A stretch of 64,000 bases of DNA from Nitrosomonadales bacterium (GTDB taxonomy: Bacteria; Pseudomonadota; Gammaproteobacteria; Burkholderiales; Gallionellaceae), in the NCBI GenBank assembly GCA_947475825.1, contig CANJMS010000001.1, positions 517 through 64,516 of the forward strand, in the 5' to 3' direction. How positions within the stretch are numbered: the first letter of the stretch is position 1; each line of letters starts with the position of its first letter. This document shows, in pieces, positions 37,626 through 48,452 of this stretch. The notes below the pieces were generated by a model. The model did not search any database, was not told where the DNA came from, and saw only the letters and a list, made by a program, of their open reading frames with translations. The position numbers were made by a program, and so were the translations under genes.

Positions 37626-39983
37626 ATGAAAAAATATTTAGAACAAGTCATTCAGTATCGCTGGCTGGTAATCGCTCTGACATTATTGCTCACAGGGTTG
37701 GCGATTCATCAGGCACGCACCTTACGCATTATCATCGACCCCAACACCATGCTGCCGCAAAACCACCCGTATGTGGACACGTCAAATCGCGTAGAAAAAC
37801 TATTCGGTAGCAAGGACATTGCCATTATCGGCATTACACCCAAGACAGGCGATGTGTTTCAGCCGGAAGTGTTACGCAAGGTGCAGAAAGTCACCACGGC
37901 TTTGATGCAATCACCAGGGGTGATTAAAGAAAATTTACTGAGCCTGACCGCACGTCGCGCCAAAAATATTATTGGCACGGCAGAGGGTATGGAAGTGCGC
38001 CCTCTGATTACTACCATTCCTGAAACTCCGCAACAGATGGCCGCGCTACGGCAGGCAATCAAGAATAATCCGGCTTATATCAATTCCATTATTTCGCAAG
38101 ACGAGCGCACGGCGGTGATCGTGGTGCCATTCAAAAATGGCAAAGGCGGATTTCGCGGCATGATGGAGACCGCCAACAAAGCACTGGACAGTGTGCGCGA
38201 CGATACGGTGGATATTGCTATCGGTGGCCTGCCCAGTTTTCTATCGCGCATCGAGATTTATTCCGAGCGCATGGGCATTTTATTGCCGCTGGCGATTTTA
38301 CTGGTGGGGTTGATTTTATTCGAGGCATTCCGCTCTTTTCAAGGCATGATCTTGCCATTGATTACCGCGATTCTTGCCGTGGCATGGGGTGTCGGCACAA
38401 TGGGTGCGGTGGGCGTGCCGATGGATGTGTTTAATGCCACCACGCCGATATTAATTTTGGCCGTGGCAGCAGGTCATGCTGTGCAATTGTTAAAGCGTTA
38501 TTACGAAGAGTATTACCGCATCATTGATACCTCCGGCACTACCATAACACTGCGCGAGGCAAACCGACTGGCGGTGATCGAATCGCTGTCTAAAGCTGGC
38601 CCCGTCATGATGGTGGCAGGCATGGTGGCGGCACTGGTATTCTTTTCGCTGATGGTGTTTGAAATTACTACGGTACGCACCTTTGGAATTTTCACTGGTA
38701 TGGGCATACTCGCTGCGCTGACTTTGGAAATGACGTTTATTCCGGCCATCCGCTCCATGCTCAAACCACCGAGTGAAAAGGATGGTCTGCTGGAAAAACG
38801 CGTGCGCATCTGGGACATTATCGTCAATAAAATCGCCAATCAAGTAACCAACCATCGCCAGCGCGTGTACGGTGTGGCGGCGGGACTCATCGTCATCGGA
38901 CTGTTTGGCATGAGCCTAGTAGTCACGAATAATTCCACTAAATCTTATTTTTCCAAAGATGCCTCATTTATGCAGGAAGATCGATTTTTAAATGCGCACA
39001 TCGGCGGCACCAACACGCTCTCACTGCTAATCGAAGGCAAGCATGACGATGCTATCAAAGACCCCAAAGTGTTGCAGGCAATGGATGAGATACAACAGTT
39101 TCTCGATCAACAGCAATATGTGGGTAAAACTTTGTCGATGGCGGACTTTATTAAACGCATGAACCAAGCCATGCACGGCGATGATCCGGCATTGTATAAA
39201 ATTCCAGAAGATGGCAATTTAATTTCACAATATCTGCTGCTGTACTCCATGTCGGGCGAGCCGGGCGACTTTGATACCTATGTCGATTACAACTATCGTA
39301 TGGCCAACATGACTGTTTTTTTGAAAGTCGACAGCAGTGCACACATCGAAGCGTTGGTGCCAAAAATTCGCGCCTTTGCGGCAGAGCGATTGGGTGACCG
39401 CGCCACGCTGCACATTGGCGGCAGTGTGCCGCAAGGCACGGCATTAAATGAAGTCATGGTGCATGGCAAAATTCTCAACATCGTACAAATGGCCGCCGTG
39501 GTATTTATTATTTCATCACTGGTGTTTCGTTCACTACTGGCTGGACTGCTGGTGCTGCTACCCTTGCTCATGGCAGTCATCGCTAACTTTGCCATGATGG
39601 GCTACAGCGGCATGTATTTGAATATTTCCAACTCGCTCAGCTCCGCCATGGCAATTGGTATTGGTGCGGACTATGCCATTTATTTAATATACCGTTTGCG
39701 CGAGGATATCCGTAAAGGTGAAAATGAAATGGAAGCGGTGCGACATGTGCTGGGCACCGCTGGCAAGGCTTGTTTGTTTGTGGCGATTGCGATCAGCATG
39801 GGTTATGGCGTATTGTTCTTCTCGGTTGGATTTAACATACACATCTGGCTGGCAACACTGATTGCGACTTCCATGTTGACCAGTGTGTTCGCCGCGCTGT
39901 TTTTAATTCCTTCTGTGATACTCACTTTCCGACCTGACTTTGTCTATCGTTCCAGTTCTGTAAATAAAGGAGCAACTTCATGA
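37626..39983 (+). CDS. MMPL/RND-superfamily exporter (HpnN-like)
   Basis: Two 6-TM bundles with large periplasmic loops. The start MKKYLEQVIQYRWLVIALTLL was chosen. Confidence 0.8.
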   Translation: MKKYLEQVIQYRWLVIALTLLLTGLAIHQARTLRIIIDPNTMLPQNHPYVDTSNRVEKLFGSKDIAIIGITPKTGDVFQPEVLRKVQKVTTALMQSPGVIKENLLSLTARRAKNIIGTAEGMEVRPLITTIPETPQQMAALRQAIKNNPAYINSIISQDERTAVIVVPFKNGKGGFRGMMETANKALDSVRDDTVDIAIGGLPSFLSRIEIYSERMGILLPLAILLVGLILFEAFRSFQGMILPLITAILAVAWGVGTMGAVGVPMDVFNATTPILILAVAAGHAVQLLKRYYEEYYRIIDTSGTTITLREANRLAVIESLSKAGPVMMVAGMVAALVFFSLMVFEITTVRTFGIFTGMGILAALTLEMTFIPAIRSMLKPPSEKDGLLEKRVRIWDIIVNKIANQVTNHRQRVYGVAAGLIVIGLFGMSLVVTNNSTKSYFSKDASFMQEDRFLNAHIGGTNTLSLLIEGKHDDAIKDPKVLQAMDEIQQFLDQQQYVGKTLSMADFIKRMNQAMHGDDPALYKIPEDGNLISQYLLLYSMSGEPGDFDTYVDYNYRMANMTVFLKVDSSAHIEALVPKIRAFAAERLGDRATLHIGGSVPQGTALNEVMVHGKILNIVQMAAVVFIISSLVFRSLLAGLLVLLPLLMAVIANFAMMGYSGMYLNISNSLSSAMAIGIGADYAIYLIYRLREDIRKGENEMEAVRHVLGTAGKACLFVAIAISMGYGVLFFSVGFNIHIWLATLIATSMLTSVFAALFLIPSVILTFRPDFVYRSSSVNKGATS

Positions 39984-40801
39984 AAAACAAATTCAATCGC
40001 AGCAAGCTGGCTAGTTTAATAGTTGCAACCAGCTTGATGTTCGTCGCATTACTGCAATCAGCGCAGGCCGCCGAGCCGAATCTGGGTGAGATAATTAAAA
40101 AAAGCTTGATGATTAACAAAGTGCTGGACTCCACATCGGATGCCACTTTCACCCTGACCAATAAATCCGGCCAAGAACGTATCCGTAAGACTTATGGCGT
40201 TTCCAAGCTGCAAGCCAATGGCATCGACAATATGCGTATGACGCGATTCTTGTCCCCGTCCGATGTGAAGGGAACGGTGTCATTGTTGATAGAGCATTCA
40301 GCGGCGGATGATGACATCTGGATTTATTTGCCAGCTCTAAAAAAAGTCCGCCGACTGGTCTCCAGCAATAAACGCGACAGCTTTGTTGGGACAGATTTCT
40401 CTTACGGCGATGTGATCGGACACAAACAAGAGGAATGGAACTACAAGTTGCTGCGCGAGGAGACCGTCGATGGTGCGATCTGTTATGTGATTGAAGCCTT
40501 ACCCAATAATGACACCGTTCGCATTAACAGCGGTTACGCCAAACGTATTATATGGGTACGCAAAGATAATGCGTTTGCCATCAAAGGCGAGATGGATGAT
40601 GAAAATGGTCAGCCCTATAAAACTTTTCATATGACCGAATTGCAGGAGGTTGATGCGACCAGAGGTAAGTGGCAAGCCATGCGGCTGGAATCTAAAAATT
40701 CACAGACGGGTCATCAGACTGTAATCAAGTTTGAAAATTTCAAAGTTAACCAAAAAGTACGTGATGATTTTTTCACCGAACGTTACATGGCAAAAGAATA
40801 A
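39980..40801 (+). CDS. Outer-membrane lipoprotein-sorting (LolA-like) protein
   Basis: ATGA overlap with the MMPL gene. Signal peptide, then …MTRFLSPSDVKGTVSLL…IWIYLPALKKVRRL…SFVGTDFSYGD…, which is typical of this family. Confidence 0.75.
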   Translation: MKNKFNRSKLASLIVATSLMFVALLQSAQAAEPNLGEIIKKSLMINKVLDSTSDATFTLTNKSGQERIRKTYGVSKLQANGIDNMRMTRFLSPSDVKGTVSLLIEHSAADDDIWIYLPALKKVRRLVSSNKRDSFVGTDFSYGDVIGHKQEEWNYKLLREETVDGAICYVIEALPNNDTVRINSGYAKRIIWVRKDNAFAIKGEMDDENGQPYKTFHMTELQEVDATRGKWQAMRLESKNSQTGHQTVIKFENFKVNQKVRDDFFTERYMAKE

Positions 40802-42080
40802 TTTGCGCGCCGTTTTTTTGACTGCTGTAGTGTTATTTTCTGGCACTTTCCCAGCCACGACTCATGCTGAAACTGCGTTACCTGCTTGGGCGAAAGAGTG
40901 GCTGCCCACTGGTTCACTACGCAACAGCTACTGGAATATGAAGCACAACGCCTCAGGTGCTAACGATATTGGCAATGCCAATTTATGGCTTAAGATCACG
41001 CCACATTTAACTGAAAACATTACCTTGGTGGCAGAAGGCTGGGCGAGAGCCTCGACCACACCCACCTCTGCCAATATTTCCAACTCGAGTCAAACCATCA
41101 GCAGGTTGCGCGAAGGCTATCTGAATACCAGCTACGGCGCGGCTGATTTTCGTATCGGCAAACAAATTATCGTATGGGGGCGCGCCGATCAACTTAACCC
41201 GACCGACAACTTAAGTCCGCGCGATAACACGCAATTATTTGTAGAACCAGACGATCAGCGGCATGGCACAATCGCTGCAAAAGCCACTTATAATTTTACC
41301 AATGCATTTTCTGGCCTCGCCGCCAGTGCAATCTGGTTACCCGTTTTCCGTCCTAACATTCAGCCCATTTCGCCCCCTGCGGGCATCAGCTTCACCGAGA
41401 TAATCCCCACGAAAGATCAATATGCATTCAAGCTGGAGCAGACTGGGCGTGAGATCGATTGGTCGCTGTCTTATTTTAATGGCTACGATTTGAACCCTGA
41501 TCTAGGCCTACTCGGGCCGCAAAATCTGGCGTTCAATCATCATCGCATCCGAGTATTGGGCGCAGATGCGGCAACGGTTATGGGGCGTTATGGTGTGCGT
41601 AGTGAGATTGCTTATACCTGGACAGAAGATAAGTCGGGCGACGATCCCTTTATCAAAAATCCATTCCTGTATTGGGTGACTGGCGCAGATAAAACTTTTC
41701 TGGAATATCTCAATATCAATCTGCAATACTTTGCGCGGCGCGTTACCGATTTTCAAAATCCAACTGTTATCGCTAATCCGCAGTTAGGACCTATTGCCAT
41801 ACAGCAAAGCATTATTTCCAGTCAGCAAGATGGTTTCCAGCAAGGGGCGAGCTTACGCATCGCCAATAAATGGTTTAACGAAACGCTGGATGCAGAACTT
41901 GCTGCAGTTTATAACTTCACCCGTCAGGATTATTTATTGCGCCCGAAAATCAGCTACGCCTTCAATGACCACTGGCGCGGTAATCTCGGTGCAAATATAT
42001 TTCGCGGTGATGACGGGACTTTTTTTGGATTGCTGAAAAATCGCTCAGCGGCGTTTGCAGAAATACGTTACGGATTTTAG
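40764..42080 (+). CDS. Outer-membrane beta-barrel protein (DUF1302-like)
   Basis: Signal peptide ...FPATTHA-E, motif RIGKQIIVWGRADQLNPTD, and C-terminal ...AEIRYGF. The start is uncertain (ATG 40764 or a TTG near 40803). Confidence 0.6.
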   Translation: MIFSPNVTWQKNNLRAVFLTAVVLFSGTFPATTHAETALPAWAKEWLPTGSLRNSYWNMKHNASGANDIGNANLWLKITPHLTENITLVAEGWARASTTPTSANISNSSQTISRLREGYLNTSYGAADFRIGKQIIVWGRADQLNPTDNLSPRDNTQLFVEPDDQRHGTIAAKATYNFTNAFSGLAASAIWLPVFRPNIQPISPPAGISFTEIIPTKDQYAFKLEQTGREIDWSLSYFNGYDLNPDLGLLGPQNLAFNHHRIRVLGADAATVMGRYGVRSEIAYTWTEDKSGDDPFIKNPFLYWVTGADKTFLEYLNINLQYFARRVTDFQNPTVIANPQLGPIAIQQSIISSQQDGFQQGASLRIANKWFNETLDAELAAVYNFTRQDYLLRPKISYAFNDHWRGNLGANIFRGDDGTFFGLLKNRSAAFAEIRYGF

Positions 42081-42104
42081 AGACCGAAACCCGATTATTC
42101 GGCA

Positions 42105-42515
42105 GGTAGTGGCGGTGTTTTCTTACGAAAACTAAACAACCACCACACATAGCCAGATAACGAATAGCCGAAGAACAGCACGCCTGGTGGTGGATGATGC
42201 CAACTGGCATCGCGCGCAGTTTGATTTCCACGGCAATTTACGTTTACATTTTTTACCACCGTATTCGCCCGAGCTAAACTCGCAAGAACACATTTTGGAT
42301 GATCTGCACCAAAGGTAGGCAATTCTCTAAGCTCTGGTGAGATTGAGAAGTTGACACCGCGAGAAGTGCTTTCACAACAAAGTATTCGATAGTCTGGATG
42401 CGCTGGAGGACCAATTGGTGGCAGGCATGAATGCGCTCGAAAACAACCAAGAGCGGGTCAAGTTCATCACTGGATGGGAGTGGATAATTAATGCCGTTTC
42501 CAAATGATAATTAGA
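42105..42515 (+). pseudogene. IS630-family transposase C-terminal fragment
   Basis: Reads ...LVVDDANWHRAQFDFHGNLRLHFLPPYSPELNSQEHILDDL...(stop)...FHNKVFDSLDALEDQLVAGMNALENNQERVKFITGWEWIINA. It has in-frame stops and no N-terminal half. Confidence 0.65.
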
Positions 42516-42525
42516 ATAACGTGTT

Positions 42526-43287
42526 TTAGAGCGATGACTTGCTGACTTCTTTGGTTTGGTTTAATATTTTTTCCAATTCGGCAGCAGGCCTGTATCCGGG
42601 CACTAATACGCCATCCGCAAATATCAGCGCGGGTGTACCATTTACATTTAACTTGCGGCTGAGTTCTGCCACTTTCATGGTGGGCGTGTCGCACGTGCCT
42701 GTGGTGGGCATGACGTTATTCAGCATCAAGTCATCCCACGCCTTAATTGGATCTTTGCTGCATAAAATGGCTTGTACTTTTTTATCCGATCCATCGAATA
42801 AGGTCAGGTGAAAGATGTACAGGGTCACATTGTCCACTTGCTTAAGCTCTTGCTCTAATTTTTTGCAGAAAGAGCAATTGGGGTCAGTGAAATAAGCCAT
42901 TTTACGCAGACCGTTTCCTTTGACTTTTTTCAAGGCCAGATCAAATGGCAGGCTATCAAAGTCCACCGAAAATAATTTACTTGTACGCTCTGCTGTTATG
43001 TTGCGCCCGTTTTTCAGATCGAAGATACTGCCAGAAATAAGGTAGCGTGCATTTTCGTCGGTATAAAACAATTCGCCCTGTGCAACCACTTCGTACAAGC
43101 CCATGATATTGGCTTTGTTTACTTGCTTGATTTCACCTAGTTGTGGATAATTTTTTTGTAGCGTGAGCTTGATCTGGGCAGTACTGACACTTGCCGCTTG
43201 GGCTTTGGTAGCTTTTGCGACAGGTTCAGCATAGGCAAAATGAAGTGTGCCGAGCAGCAGTAGAAAAAATAGTGATTTGAGCATCAT
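42526..43287 (-). CDS. dsbC: Thiol:disulfide interchange protein DsbC/DsbG family
   Basis: Signal peptide, thioredoxin-fold CSFC active site (FTDPNCSFCKKL), and an N-terminal dimerisation domain. Confidence 0.8.
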   Translation of the reverse strand: MMLKSLFFLLLLGTLHFAYAEPVAKATKAQAASVSTAQIKLTLQKNYPQLGEIKQVNKANIMGLYEVVAQGELFYTDENARYLISGSIFDLKNGRNITAERTSKLFSVDFDSLPFDLALKKVKGNGLRKMAYFTDPNCSFCKKLEQELKQVDNVTLYIFHLTLFDGSDKKVQAILCSKDPIKAWDDLMLNNVMPTTGTCDTPTMKVAELSRKLNVNGTPALIFADGVLVPGYRPAAELEKILNQTKEVSKSSL

Positions 43288-43319
43288 GAACTCCTAGTTA
43301 GTAATTGATCGTTTAGCCC

Positions 43320-44495
43320 TTAATTCATTGCATGGCGCGCCAACATCTTTTTCAGCGGCATCATGCGATTGGTAAAGGCCAGTCCCGAGTTGCGAGCCAT
43401 GCGTAACAGCGGGTGGTCGTTATTAAATAATTTCTTCAGCATATCAGTGGCAATTATCATAGCTGTGACATCTTCTTTGCGTGCCCGTTCATAACGTCGC
43501 AATAAATGTATATTACCGCAATCCTGCTCTGCGCCGCGTTGCAACAAAACTTGCGCCAGTTGCTGCGCGTCGCCAAAACCCAAATTAATACCTTGTCCGG
43601 ACAGCGGATGAATGTTGTGCGCCGCATCGCCTATCAGCGCCAGGCGCGGTTTGACAGTCTGCGGCACATACAAGCGACGCAGCGGAAAAGCAGAAGGTTT
43701 GTTTAATAATTGCAGCGCGCCCAGTTTATGTTGTGATGCGGATGCAATTTCCGCGCACAGGGCTTGTTCGGATAATTGTAACAAATGCGCGGATTTTTGC
43801 AGGCTGACTGACCAAACCATAGACACATTATTTTGCGGCAAGGGCAGCAGCGCCAATATACCGTCAGGTTGAAACCATTGAAACGCCGTGCCGCGATGGG
43901 ATTTTTCAGCCATGAAATTAGCCACCACACCGTGCTGCTGATATGACGTGGGATTGACCACTATTCCCGCTTGCTGTCGTACCCACGAATCTGCACCGTC
44001 CGCGCCCACGATTAATTTGGCTTGCAAAATACGACCATCTTGCAAGGTTAGATGTGCGGCTTCCTCGGTCCAGCGCAAATGCTCACAGCGTGCGGGTTGA
44101 AAGAGAGTCAGATTGCTTTGAGCCGTAGATGCCTGCCCAATCGCCTGTTGCCAAATTGCTTCTTGTAGGGCGCGATTCTCCAGAATAAAAGCCAGTTCTG
44201 GCACACCCATTTGGTAGGCACTGAAATCCAGTGCTGCTCCCTCATCACCCCAAACACACATTTGCTCGACGGCTTGCACGCGGGCTAAATCCAAGTGTTG
44301 CCAAGCATCACATTGCTGCAAAAATGCTGCGCTGCCCGAGCTAATCGCAAAAATTCGGCTGTCCCACGCCAATGAGGATGGGGCAGGTTTGGCTGGTTGG
44401 CTTTCCACCAAGCCTACATTTAAGCATGCAGACCGTATGGCAGCAGCTAAGCTAGTGCCCACTGACCCGCCACCGATAATTAACACATCAAACAT
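43320..44495 (-). CDS. UbiH/UbiF/VisC/COQ6-family FAD-dependent hydroxylase
   Basis: FDVLIIGGGSVG dinucleotide fold; ...LIGDAAHNIHPLSGQGINLG. Confidence 0.8.
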   Translation of the reverse strand: MFDVLIIGGGSVGTSLAAAIRSACLNVGLVESQPAKPAPSSLAWDSRIFAISSGSAAFLQQCDAWQHLDLARVQAVEQMCVWGDEGAALDFSAYQMGVPELAFILENRALQEAIWQQAIGQASTAQSNLTLFQPARCEHLRWTEEAAHLTLQDGRILQAKLIVGADGADSWVRQQAGIVVNPTSYQQHGVVANFMAEKSHRGTAFQWFQPDGILALLPLPQNNVSMVWSVSLQKSAHLLQLSEQALCAEIASASQHKLGALQLLNKPSAFPLRRLYVPQTVKPRLALIGDAAHNIHPLSGQGINLGFGDAQQLAQVLLQRGAEQDCGNIHLLRRYERARKEDVTAMIIATDMLKKLFNNDHPLLRMARNSGLAFTNRMMPLKKMLARHAMN

Positions 44496-44679
44496 TATGC
44501 GTGCGCTCCCGTTGGATCATGCTTGCCCCCAATACAAATAATAAAGCCGATTTAGGACATCATCACCTAAGTTATGCAGTGGTGAAAATTTGATTGTCGA
44601 AGATTTCTTCAAGTGCATGTGCAAATGATAGCACGTGGCGATTGATTAATTTATAATCAGCCCCCCTTAGGAAATCGTC

Positions 44680-45717
44680 ATGCGCATCGGCTCTTACCAA
44701 CTCAAAAATAATTTAATTGTAGCCCCTATGGCTGGTGTGACGGATCGTCCCTTCCGCATGTTATGCAAGCGCATGGGTGCTGGCATGGCGGTTAGCGAGA
44801 TGGTCTCTTCTAACTCATTACTATATGGTTCGGAAAAAACCAAACGTCGCGCCAATCACGAAGGTGAAGTGGATCCTATCTCAGTGCAAATTGTTGGAGC
44901 CGATCCCGTCATGATGGCAGAAGCGGCACGCTACAATGCCGACGCGGGCGCGCAAATTATCGATATCAATATGGGTTGCCCAGCCAAAAAAATTTGTAAT
45001 GTGATGGCGGGTTCGGCGTTGCTGCAAAATGAAATTTTGGTAGGGCAGATTTTGAAATCAGTGGTGGATTCAGTTGCTATTCCCGTCACATTAAAAATTC
45101 GCACAGGCTGGGATAAACAAAATCGCAACGCGGTACGCATCGCGCAAATCGCCGAGCAAAGCGGCATTCAGGCATTATCCATCCATGGCCGTACCCGCGC
45201 TTGCGCCTATACGGGTCATGCCGAGTACGACACCATCACCGCAGTTAAAGCCAGCGTCAACATTCCAGTCATAGCCAACGGCGACATCACAACACCGGAA
45301 AAAGCGCGTGATGTGTTGCGACAAACTGGCGCAGATGCTGTCATGATCGGTCGCGCCGCGCAAGGCAGGCCGTGGCTGTTTCGTGAGATCGAGCATTTCA
45401 TTTTGACCAATACGCACCTCCCGTCGCCACCTGTAGACGAAGTGCAGCGCGTACTGTTGGAGCACATGCACGAGCTGTATGAATTTTATGGCGACCACAC
45501 TGGCGTGCGTGTAGCGCGCAAACATATTTCTTGGTACACCAAAGGGCTGGCTGGTTCGGCACATTTTCGGCATGGCATGAATCAACTGGATAGCCGTGAT
45601 GAGCAGCTGATGGCCGTGAATGATTTTTTTGATGAGCAATTACAACGTGGCGAACGCCTGCATTATGTTGAGGTGAATGAGGGCGGGTTGAGTAATGCCC
45701 AGATAGGTAATGCCTAG
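44680..45717 (+). CDS. dusB: tRNA-dihydrouridine synthase B
   Basis: …LIVAPMAGVTDRPFR…DINMGCPAKK…; located upstream of fis. Confidence 0.9.
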   Translation: MRIGSYQLKNNLIVAPMAGVTDRPFRMLCKRMGAGMAVSEMVSSNSLLYGSEKTKRRANHEGEVDPISVQIVGADPVMMAEAARYNADAGAQIIDINMGCPAKKICNVMAGSALLQNEILVGQILKSVVDSVAIPVTLKIRTGWDKQNRNAVRIAQIAEQSGIQALSIHGRTRACAYTGHAEYDTITAVKASVNIPVIANGDITTPEKARDVLRQTGADAVMIGRAAQGRPWLFREIEHFILTNTHLPSPPVDEVQRVLLEHMHELYEFYGDHTGVRVARKHISWYTKGLAGSAHFRHGMNQLDSRDEQLMAVNDFFDEQLQRGERLHYVEVNEGGLSNAQIGNA

Positions 45718-45786
45718 TAAGTAATGTATAGGCGAGTAGTGTTTAGTTAAATAGATCAAGCTGCATCAAGCAGCGAAGAGGGGCGA

Positions 45787-46137
45787 ATGAAAAAACAACA
45801 AGAATGTATTCTGGATGAAAATGAAGTAGCACGATATGTGCGCCAAGCCGTTGATGAGTATTTCAAAAATTTAGATGGTGAAGATCCTTCCTGCTCGGTG
45901 CATGAAATGGTCATGAGTTGTGTAGAAAAGCCGCTGATTGAAACAGTCATGCATTACGCTGAGGGTAACCAAACGCGCGCGGCAGAATTGTTAGGGTTGA
46001 ACCGCAATACCTTGCGTAAAAAATTAAGCTTATTCGCTAAACAAAAAGCAGCGTCCAGTCTCCGTCCCGCCATACGCTCTGAACGGCGCGTAGCAAAACA
46101 ATCAGCCTCGGATCACCTTTATGGAAAAAGAAGATAA
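45787..46137 (+). CDS. fis: DNA-binding protein Fis, with an unusual ~35-aa basic C-terminal tail
   Basis: …[21 protein letters not shown] is the Fis HTH. The ORF continues [36 protein letters not shown]. Confidence 0.85.
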   Translation: MKKQQECILDENEVARYVRQAVDEYFKNLDGEDPSCSVHEMVMSCVEKPLIETVMHYAEGNQTRAAELLGLNRNTLRKKLSLFAKQKAASSLRPAIRSERRVAKQSASDHLYGKRR

Positions 46138-46139
46138 GT

Positions 46140-47705
46140 ATGACGATAATCAAGCAAGCGCTGCTCAGTGTTTCAGATAAATCCGGCATACTCGAATTAG
46201 CACAAGGCTTACAACAATTAGGCATCACCATTCTTTCTACTGGCGGCACGGCCAAATTATTGGCCGATGCGGGCATCCCTGTGGTAGAGGTGTCCGACTA
46301 CACTGGCTTTCCCGAAATGCTGGATGGTCGCGTGAAAACTTTGCACCCGAAAATTCACGCGGGTATTTTGGGGCGACGTGACTTGCCTGCCCATGTCGCA
46401 ACCATGCAACAACATGGCCTGCCCAACATCGATTTGGTGGTAGTGAACCTTTATCCATTTAGTGCCACGGTTGCCAAGCCACATTGCACGCTGGAAGATG
46501 CGATTGAAAATATCGACATTGGCGGCCCCACGATGGTGCGCGCAGCCGCGAAAAATCACCCGCACGTGGCGATTGTCACCGACCCTAACGGCTATGCTGA
46601 CCTGCTGGCCGAAATGCAAACCAATGACAACGCGTTATCCGATGCCACCCGTTTTGATCTGGCGAAAAAAGCGTTCTCGCATACTGCCGCGTATGACAGC
46701 GCGATTAGCAACTACCTCACCACAATCCAGGCCGATGGCACGCGCAACGAATATCCCGAACAAATAAATTTTAATTTCGCCAAAGTGCAGGACATGCGCT
46801 ACGGCGAAAATCCTCACCAGAGCGCAGCCTTCTATCGTGATTTAACCGTTGTGCCGGGCGGCATCGCGGATTATTTGCAAGTGCAGGGCAAGGCACTTTC
46901 TTACAATAATATCGGCGATGCGGATGCGGCGTGGGAGTGTGTTAAAACATTTGTCGAATGCGCTTGCGTCATTGTAAAACACGCCAACCCCTGTGGTGTG
47001 GCGATTGCCGCAACACCCTTGCAGGCTTACAAATTAGCTTATGCCACCGACCCCACCTCGGCCTTTGGCGGCATCATCGCCTTCAACCGCGAGTTAGACG
47101 AAGCCACTGCTACCGCCATCACTAGTCAACAATTTGTCGAAGTTATCATTGCCCCGAGTGCTACCGCCGCCGCACTGAAAGTGACCGCCGCTAAACAAAA
47201 CGTGCGCGTGCTGACCGTGCCGATTTCTACCGCACATAATCAATTTGATCTCAAACGCGTGAGCGGCGGGCTGCTGGTGCAATCACCCGATACGCTCAAC
47301 GTGCAAGACAAAAATCTGCGCGTGGTCAGTAAAATTCAGCCAAGCGCAGCGCAAATGCATGATCTGCTGTTTGCCTGGCGCGTGGCGAAGTATGTGAAAT
47401 CCAATGCCATCGTATTTTGCAAAAACGGCATGACTCTCGGTGTCGGTGCCGGGCAAATGAGCCGGGTGGACAGCTCCCGCATTGCCAGCATCAAAGCAGG
47501 TAATGCGAAGTTAAGCTTGCAAGATTCCGTAGTGGCCTCGGATGCATTTTTCCCGTTTCGCGATGGCATCGATATATTGGCATCTGCGGGTGCTAAAGCC
47601 GTGATTCAACCCGGTGGCAGTATGCGTGACGAAGAAGTGATCGCGGCGGCGGATGAGCTGGGGATTGCGATGGTGTTTACCGGATACCGCCATTTCCGGC
47701 ATTAA
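46140..47705 (+). CDS. purH: Bifunctional AICAR transformylase / IMP cyclohydrolase
   Basis: [13 protein letters not shown]...GGTAKLL...[13 protein letters not shown], full length. Confidence 0.95.
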   Translation: MTIIKQALLSVSDKSGILELAQGLQQLGITILSTGGTAKLLADAGIPVVEVSDYTGFPEMLDGRVKTLHPKIHAGILGRRDLPAHVATMQQHGLPNIDLVVVNLYPFSATVAKPHCTLEDAIENIDIGGPTMVRAAAKNHPHVAIVTDPNGYADLLAEMQTNDNALSDATRFDLAKKAFSHTAAYDSAISNYLTTIQADGTRNEYPEQINFNFAKVQDMRYGENPHQSAAFYRDLTVVPGGIADYLQVQGKALSYNNIGDADAAWECVKTFVECACVIVKHANPCGVAIAATPLQAYKLAYATDPTSAFGGIIAFNRELDEATATAITSQQFVEVIIAPSATAAALKVTAAKQNVRVLTVPISTAHNQFDLKRVSGGLLVQSPDTLNVQDKNLRVVSKIQPSAAQMHDLLFAWRVAKYVKSNAIVFCKNGMTLGVGAGQMSRVDSSRIASIKAGNAKLSLQDSVVASDAFFPFRDGIDILASAGAKAVIQPGGSMRDEEVIAAADELGIAMVFTGYRHFRH

Positions 47706-47710
47706 GCCAT

Positions 47711-47832
47711 CCAGGCTTTCTGCGCTCGGCATAACGGTGTTGCTCAAGGGCTCGGAATGCTCATGTACAAAAAGTACATGCCGCTTCCTCATCCATTCGC
47801 GCCTTGTTCTGCCTACGCTTGCGACAGCCTAA
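47711..47832 (-). repeat. Interspersed hairpin repeat, copy 4 (short form), starting 6 nt after the purH stop
   Basis: The core is almost identical to copy 2, with central hairpin CATGTAC-AAAAA-GTACATG. Confidence 0.75.
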
Positions 47833-47902
47833 ATTTTGGTGGCAAAAAGGCGTGCAATAATTGCCTGCATTGAGTAGAAAAATTTACAAAGGAGATACAA
47901 AA

Positions 47903-48373
47903 ATGAATCAGTTTAGACTGCTGGCGGAACAAGGTGATCCACTGGCACAATTCAATCTTGGGGGGACGTATTACCAAGGGCAAGGCGTGCCGCAAGATTA
48001 TACCGAAGCGATAAAGTGGTATCGTCTGGCCGCTGAACAGGGCCTAGCTGCAGCACAATTCAGCCTGGGATTGATGTATCACGAAGGGAAAAGTGTGCCG
48101 CAGGATTTCGAAGAGGCCGTGAAATGGGCCAGGCTGGCCGCTGAACAGGGTAATGCTTCAGCTCAAAGTATTCTTGGGGGAATGTATTTCCTGGGACAAG
48201 GGGTTCCTCAGAATTTCGTTCATGCGTATATGTGGCTCAATATTGCGGCGGAAAATTCGGATAGCGACGAACAGAATAAAATTATTGAGATGCGCAATTT
48301 TGTGGCCGAAAATATGACTGCCAGCCAAATTCATAGAGCGCAAAAGCTTGCTGATGAAATGCACCGAAAATAA
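47903..48373 (+). CDS. Sel1-repeat (SLR/TPR-like) protein
   Basis: Four repeats of the form AEQG.A.AQF.LG.MY..G.GVPQD..EA.KW. No signal peptide is obvious. Confidence 0.8.
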   Translation: MNQFRLLAEQGDPLAQFNLGGTYYQGQGVPQDYTEAIKWYRLAAEQGLAAAQFSLGLMYHEGKSVPQDFEEAVKWARLAAEQGNASAQSILGGMYFLGQGVPQNFVHAYMWLNIAAENSDSDEQNKIIEMRNFVAENMTASQIHRAQKLADEMHRK

Positions 48374-48452
48374 ACTCAAGGGGTGTTAGACCTCCTATTA
48401 AGCAGAAAAATGCGCCCTTAGATACCATTCAAGTCATCAGCTAAATAAAAAT

